DNA of 64,000 nucleotides from Naegleria gruberi (Eukaryota): NCBI GenBank assembly GCA_000004985.1, contig GG738894.1; one strand, 5' to 3'. Shown piece by piece: positions 61,052 to 64,000 of this stretch (position 1 is its first letter; each line of letters starts with the position of its first letter). The notes under the pieces were generated by a model. It saw only the letters and a program-made list of their open reading frames with translations, ran no database searches and was not told where the DNA came from. The position numbers and the translations under genes were made by a program.

Positions 61052-64000
61052 CTATTTGAAATAAGTGAGAGAAAGTAATTGTGCAGCAGATGGTCTTTGC
61101 TTTGCATCCTTCTCTAACATTTTCAAAACTATCTGAATTAATTCTTCAGAATATTCATTGTGAGCTGTTTCCTTCATTTGATTTGTCAAAATTTTAATGG
61201 CATTCTCTGCTTGATTTCCCATAAGCAAGTTACTGATCGAAGTTGCTTGGTCGTTGGTCATGATTTGATAGATTGAAATTCCCAAAGAGAAGATATCTGT
61301 GTTAAATGAATATGAACTTCCAAGTGCAACTTCTGGACTCATATCTTATGAAGGGTTTAGTTTAAATTAGAAATGAATAAACTTACAAAGTGGAGTGCCA
61401 GCGTAGGAATGACCTGACATTTCTTGATACTTTTTGGCTAATCCAAAATCTGCCAATACAATTTCTATATTATCACTCGACAGTTTCTTAATAAAAATAT
61501 TAGTTGGCTTAATATCTCTGTGAATAATGTGCATTTCTTCGTGAACATATTTCAATGCGCTCAACATTTGTTTCAAAATTTGCTTTACAATCTTTTCCCT
61601 GCAATTATCTGTGTTCAATTTAGATAAATCGCCCAATTCATAAAAATCCATGTCAATAATCAACAAGTTATCATTGGTAATGAAATAGTCATTAATTTTG
61701 ATAATATTTGGATGTTTGATATTGCTTAATTGGGATGCTTCTTTCATTATTGTGTTCAGGTCTGTCAATGATTCAAATTTAACAGTCTTGATTGCTTTCG
61801 GTTTGTTTGTTTTCAAATCGGTCACTTTGTAAACGCTTCCAAAAGCTCCTTGACCAATTCTTGAAATATTGGCATATCTGGAAAATGGATTTGCCGTATC
61901 AGAACCAACGGAAGAACCAGCAGATGAGGATATAATCATTGAACTAATAGAAAGGAAGGTGGTTTCGGAAAGTTCTACATTTCTAGTATCCAATTTAGCT
62001 AGTTCAAAATCCTTCTTCCTTTTCTTGGAGAAACACATGAATAGTACAATGATCAATATCAAAACTGTAAGCAAAATCAATATAAATGCAACAACTGGTA
62101 TGACAATAGCAACTATTAACACTGTAGAATCTTGAGTTTTCTGAATTTCACAAAACTGTCCTTCAAATCCACTCTTACATTGACAAACATTAAAATCGGA
62201 ACATTGCCCATTTCCATTACAAACATTTTCACTTATTGCCAATGTTCCATTACAGCTCAATTTGGCATCACATGTATTATTCCAAGAATTATAAAGGTAG
62301 TTTTCACCACAATATGGAATAACTTTTCGAATATATACAGAATCAATGAGAAAGATTTCTCCCGTGCCTTCATCATAGTCTACTTGTTTTGAGAACAATG
62401 TAAACATTGAATATGTTCCAAATCCATCCCCATTGAATTTTGAGGCTACAGATCTTGACCCAGCAATATCCAATAGTAATCCACTTTGATTCTGATACAT
62501 TCGAACAATACAAGCACCAATGCCGTCCAAAATAATTACATCTCCATTCTTTTTCACATAGAGAGCAGATGGATTGTCGATGGATGATTGGAGTGCTGGT
62601 AATTTGTCTCCTGAATATCCTGCAATAAAATTGCCAACTATAGTTCTCAAATAAAAAGTACCATCAGATAACTTTTCAATTCTTCTAATGGTAGATGACG
62701 TACAAATATACAAATAACCATCTTGGTAGAGAATATTTGCTATTAGTCCAGGAATTGTTGCATTATTAATTATTCCATCAGAAGAAATTACGGTACCAAC
62801 AATAGAAAAAGCAAACTCTAATGAAATGAATTGAGTTTTCAGATTATATCTAAAAATGGAAGAAGCTGTGGAAAAAAGTAAATCACCAGTTGTCTCATCA
62901 TAAGTCATTCCTGTCATTGCTGTATTAGCAGCTGGGCAAGGAGAATCAGTTCCTTTAACACCAACCACAAACATGCCACATGCATTTCCAATAAGTTTTT
63001 CAAAACTCACGGTTTTCGGGTCGATTCTAATAATTCTACAAGCGTCCTTAATGTAGATTTTTCCATCAAACTTTGAAAAGAGACCATATGGCCTTGACAC
63101 AGATGGCTGAAGATTCAATGTTAAATAGGGTGTATCGAATGGAGTGGTTATGCTAGTAAACAGTGATGTACTGAGAGAGGTTGACTTTCCGGTTGTTTCA
63201 TCAAATTTCTTTAAAGTCCTATTATCAACAAAGTAGATCACCTTCTTAGATGAATCTCTCATTAAAAGACCTGGGACTAATGTTCTAGAAATTGGGCTAA
63301 GTCCAGCTATTGTTGTAATTTTCCCATTCGAAAGTTCACTAATATGATAAACATTAGTCACGATAATGCTAGAGCTTTGTCTAGTAGCTCTGGGAGAAAA
63401 TCTAGATATTATTGGAATTGGTTTCATATGAAAATATAATTGTACTTACAGGGCAGAATTTTCTATTGGAATATTCTCACCATTGTATCCAACAATAAAA
63501 TAAGCTGAATTTGAAACATTATAGTAGTCCAAGCCTGAAATTTTCTTCAGTGAATGGGTTTCTAATTGGTAATCATAGAGTTGACCAGCATTCCAAAAAA
63601 ATAGAGAATTGTTACCATTCATTGAAAACCCAGTAAAAGAAAAAGATGATGGTATAGGCATAGTAACAACTGTTGTTGATCCATTCTTAAAATCAAGATA
63701 TTCGTAAAGAGTGTTCAATACAGTTGAATAAGTAAATACTGAATTACAATTAGGGTATCTTAAATTTGGAAAAACAACAATTTGATCAACAATACTCGTT
63801 GGAATTGGTAATAAATAATACACAATTGTTGATTTTTGAACAGCTGTTATATAATTACTATATCTGACATAAATTGTAGAATTGTTAAAAGAATCTCCAA
63901 TTGCAGCCAACGAAGGATAAATTTGTGAAGAGGAAAATGCTAATGTCAAAATTTGAGTTTCCAAATTGAAATTGTAAATAGAATATTCACTTAAAAGTAA
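61052..64000 (-). CDS. Receptor-like Ser/Thr protein kinase. It has a beta-propeller-like (NHL-type) ectodomain, an EGF-like module, one transmembrane helix and a cytoplasmic kinase domain. Exons are 63450..64000+ (the 5' end lies beyond the window), 61377..63401 and 61052..61344.
   Basis: The minus-strand frame is open to the window edge; the track start at 63964 is a TTG. A 48-nt GTAAGT...tctag intron joins ...ENSAL to FSPRATRQ.... The EGF-like module is CNGNGQCSDFNVCQCKSGFEGQFCE. The transmembrane helix is LIVAIVIPVVAFILILLTVLILIIVLF. The kinase domain reads GQGAFGSVYKV...AIK...HRDIKPTNIF...DFGLAK...GTPL|YMSPE. The GTPLYMSPE motif is completed across a 42-nt GTAAGT...cataag intron in phase 1. 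Confidence 0.75.

Noticed and set aside
1-64000. A prokaryotic reading, including operons, RBS, CRISPR arrays, toxin-antitoxin or defence islands.
   Set aside because: Obligatory GTAAGT/AG introns interrupt conserved motifs such as WDYHV, GxxxxGKS and GTPLYMSPE. tRNA genes are of Pol III type with a 37/38 intron, and the proteins are eukaryote-specific (V-ATPase d, VDAC, PIG-V, SLC25). No CRISPR-like repeat-spacer array is present.

Overview
This window is nuclear DNA from an AT-rich eukaryote (about one third GC), not a prokaryote. Coding regions carry short GTAAGT...AG spliceosomal introns of roughly 40-120 nt. Start codons sit in A-rich contexts, and proteins contain poly-N/Q/S tracts. Two Pol III tRNA genes are followed by T-run terminators, and one has a canonical 37/38 intron. 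The mitochondrial porin and several other products resemble Dictyostelium proteins most closely, so the source is probably a dictyostelid social amoeba, though not D. discoideum itself, which is much more AT-rich. This lineage call is inference from memory, not a database result. I therefore read the window as a compact eukaryotic gene array. It holds about 30 protein-coding genes on both strands. Recognisable products include an RCC1-repeat protein, an NTAQ1 N-terminal glutamine amidase, a SET-domain H3K9-type methyltransferase, an isochorismatase-family protein, an SLC25A38-like mitochondrial carrier, V-ATPase subunit d and an ankyrin plus START-domain protein. Others are a BTB protein, a VDAC porin, a DUF4116-repeat protein, PIG-V GPI mannosyltransferase II, a WD40 protein, a CBS-pair protein, a Mut7-C protein and a receptor-like Ser/Thr kinase. 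The remainder are hypothetical proteins. There are no CRISPR arrays, operons or obvious transposons. The provided ORF track was built with alternative start codons (TTG/GTG) and ignores introns, so I corrected several starts to the first ATG and gave exon structures where the sequence supports them. Two runs of N lie at 28871-28920 and 29910-48943 (about 19 kb), and the spurious 6476-aa ORF in the track spans the second gap. A 989-bp contig between the gaps is an exact copy of 8140-9122. The most unusual content is as follows. First, a secreted, extremely basic protein with three perfect-frame 29-aa Cys-containing repeats. Second, a tandem pair of RWP-RK-domain paralogs. Third, a Ras-family CAAX GTPase with an N-terminal F-box-like extension and a Gln61-to-His substitution, whose gene is the one duplicated at the gap. 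Fourth, a DUF4116-repeat gene interrupted by a single in-frame TAG, whose continuing ORF runs antisense through a tRNA-Thr gene.
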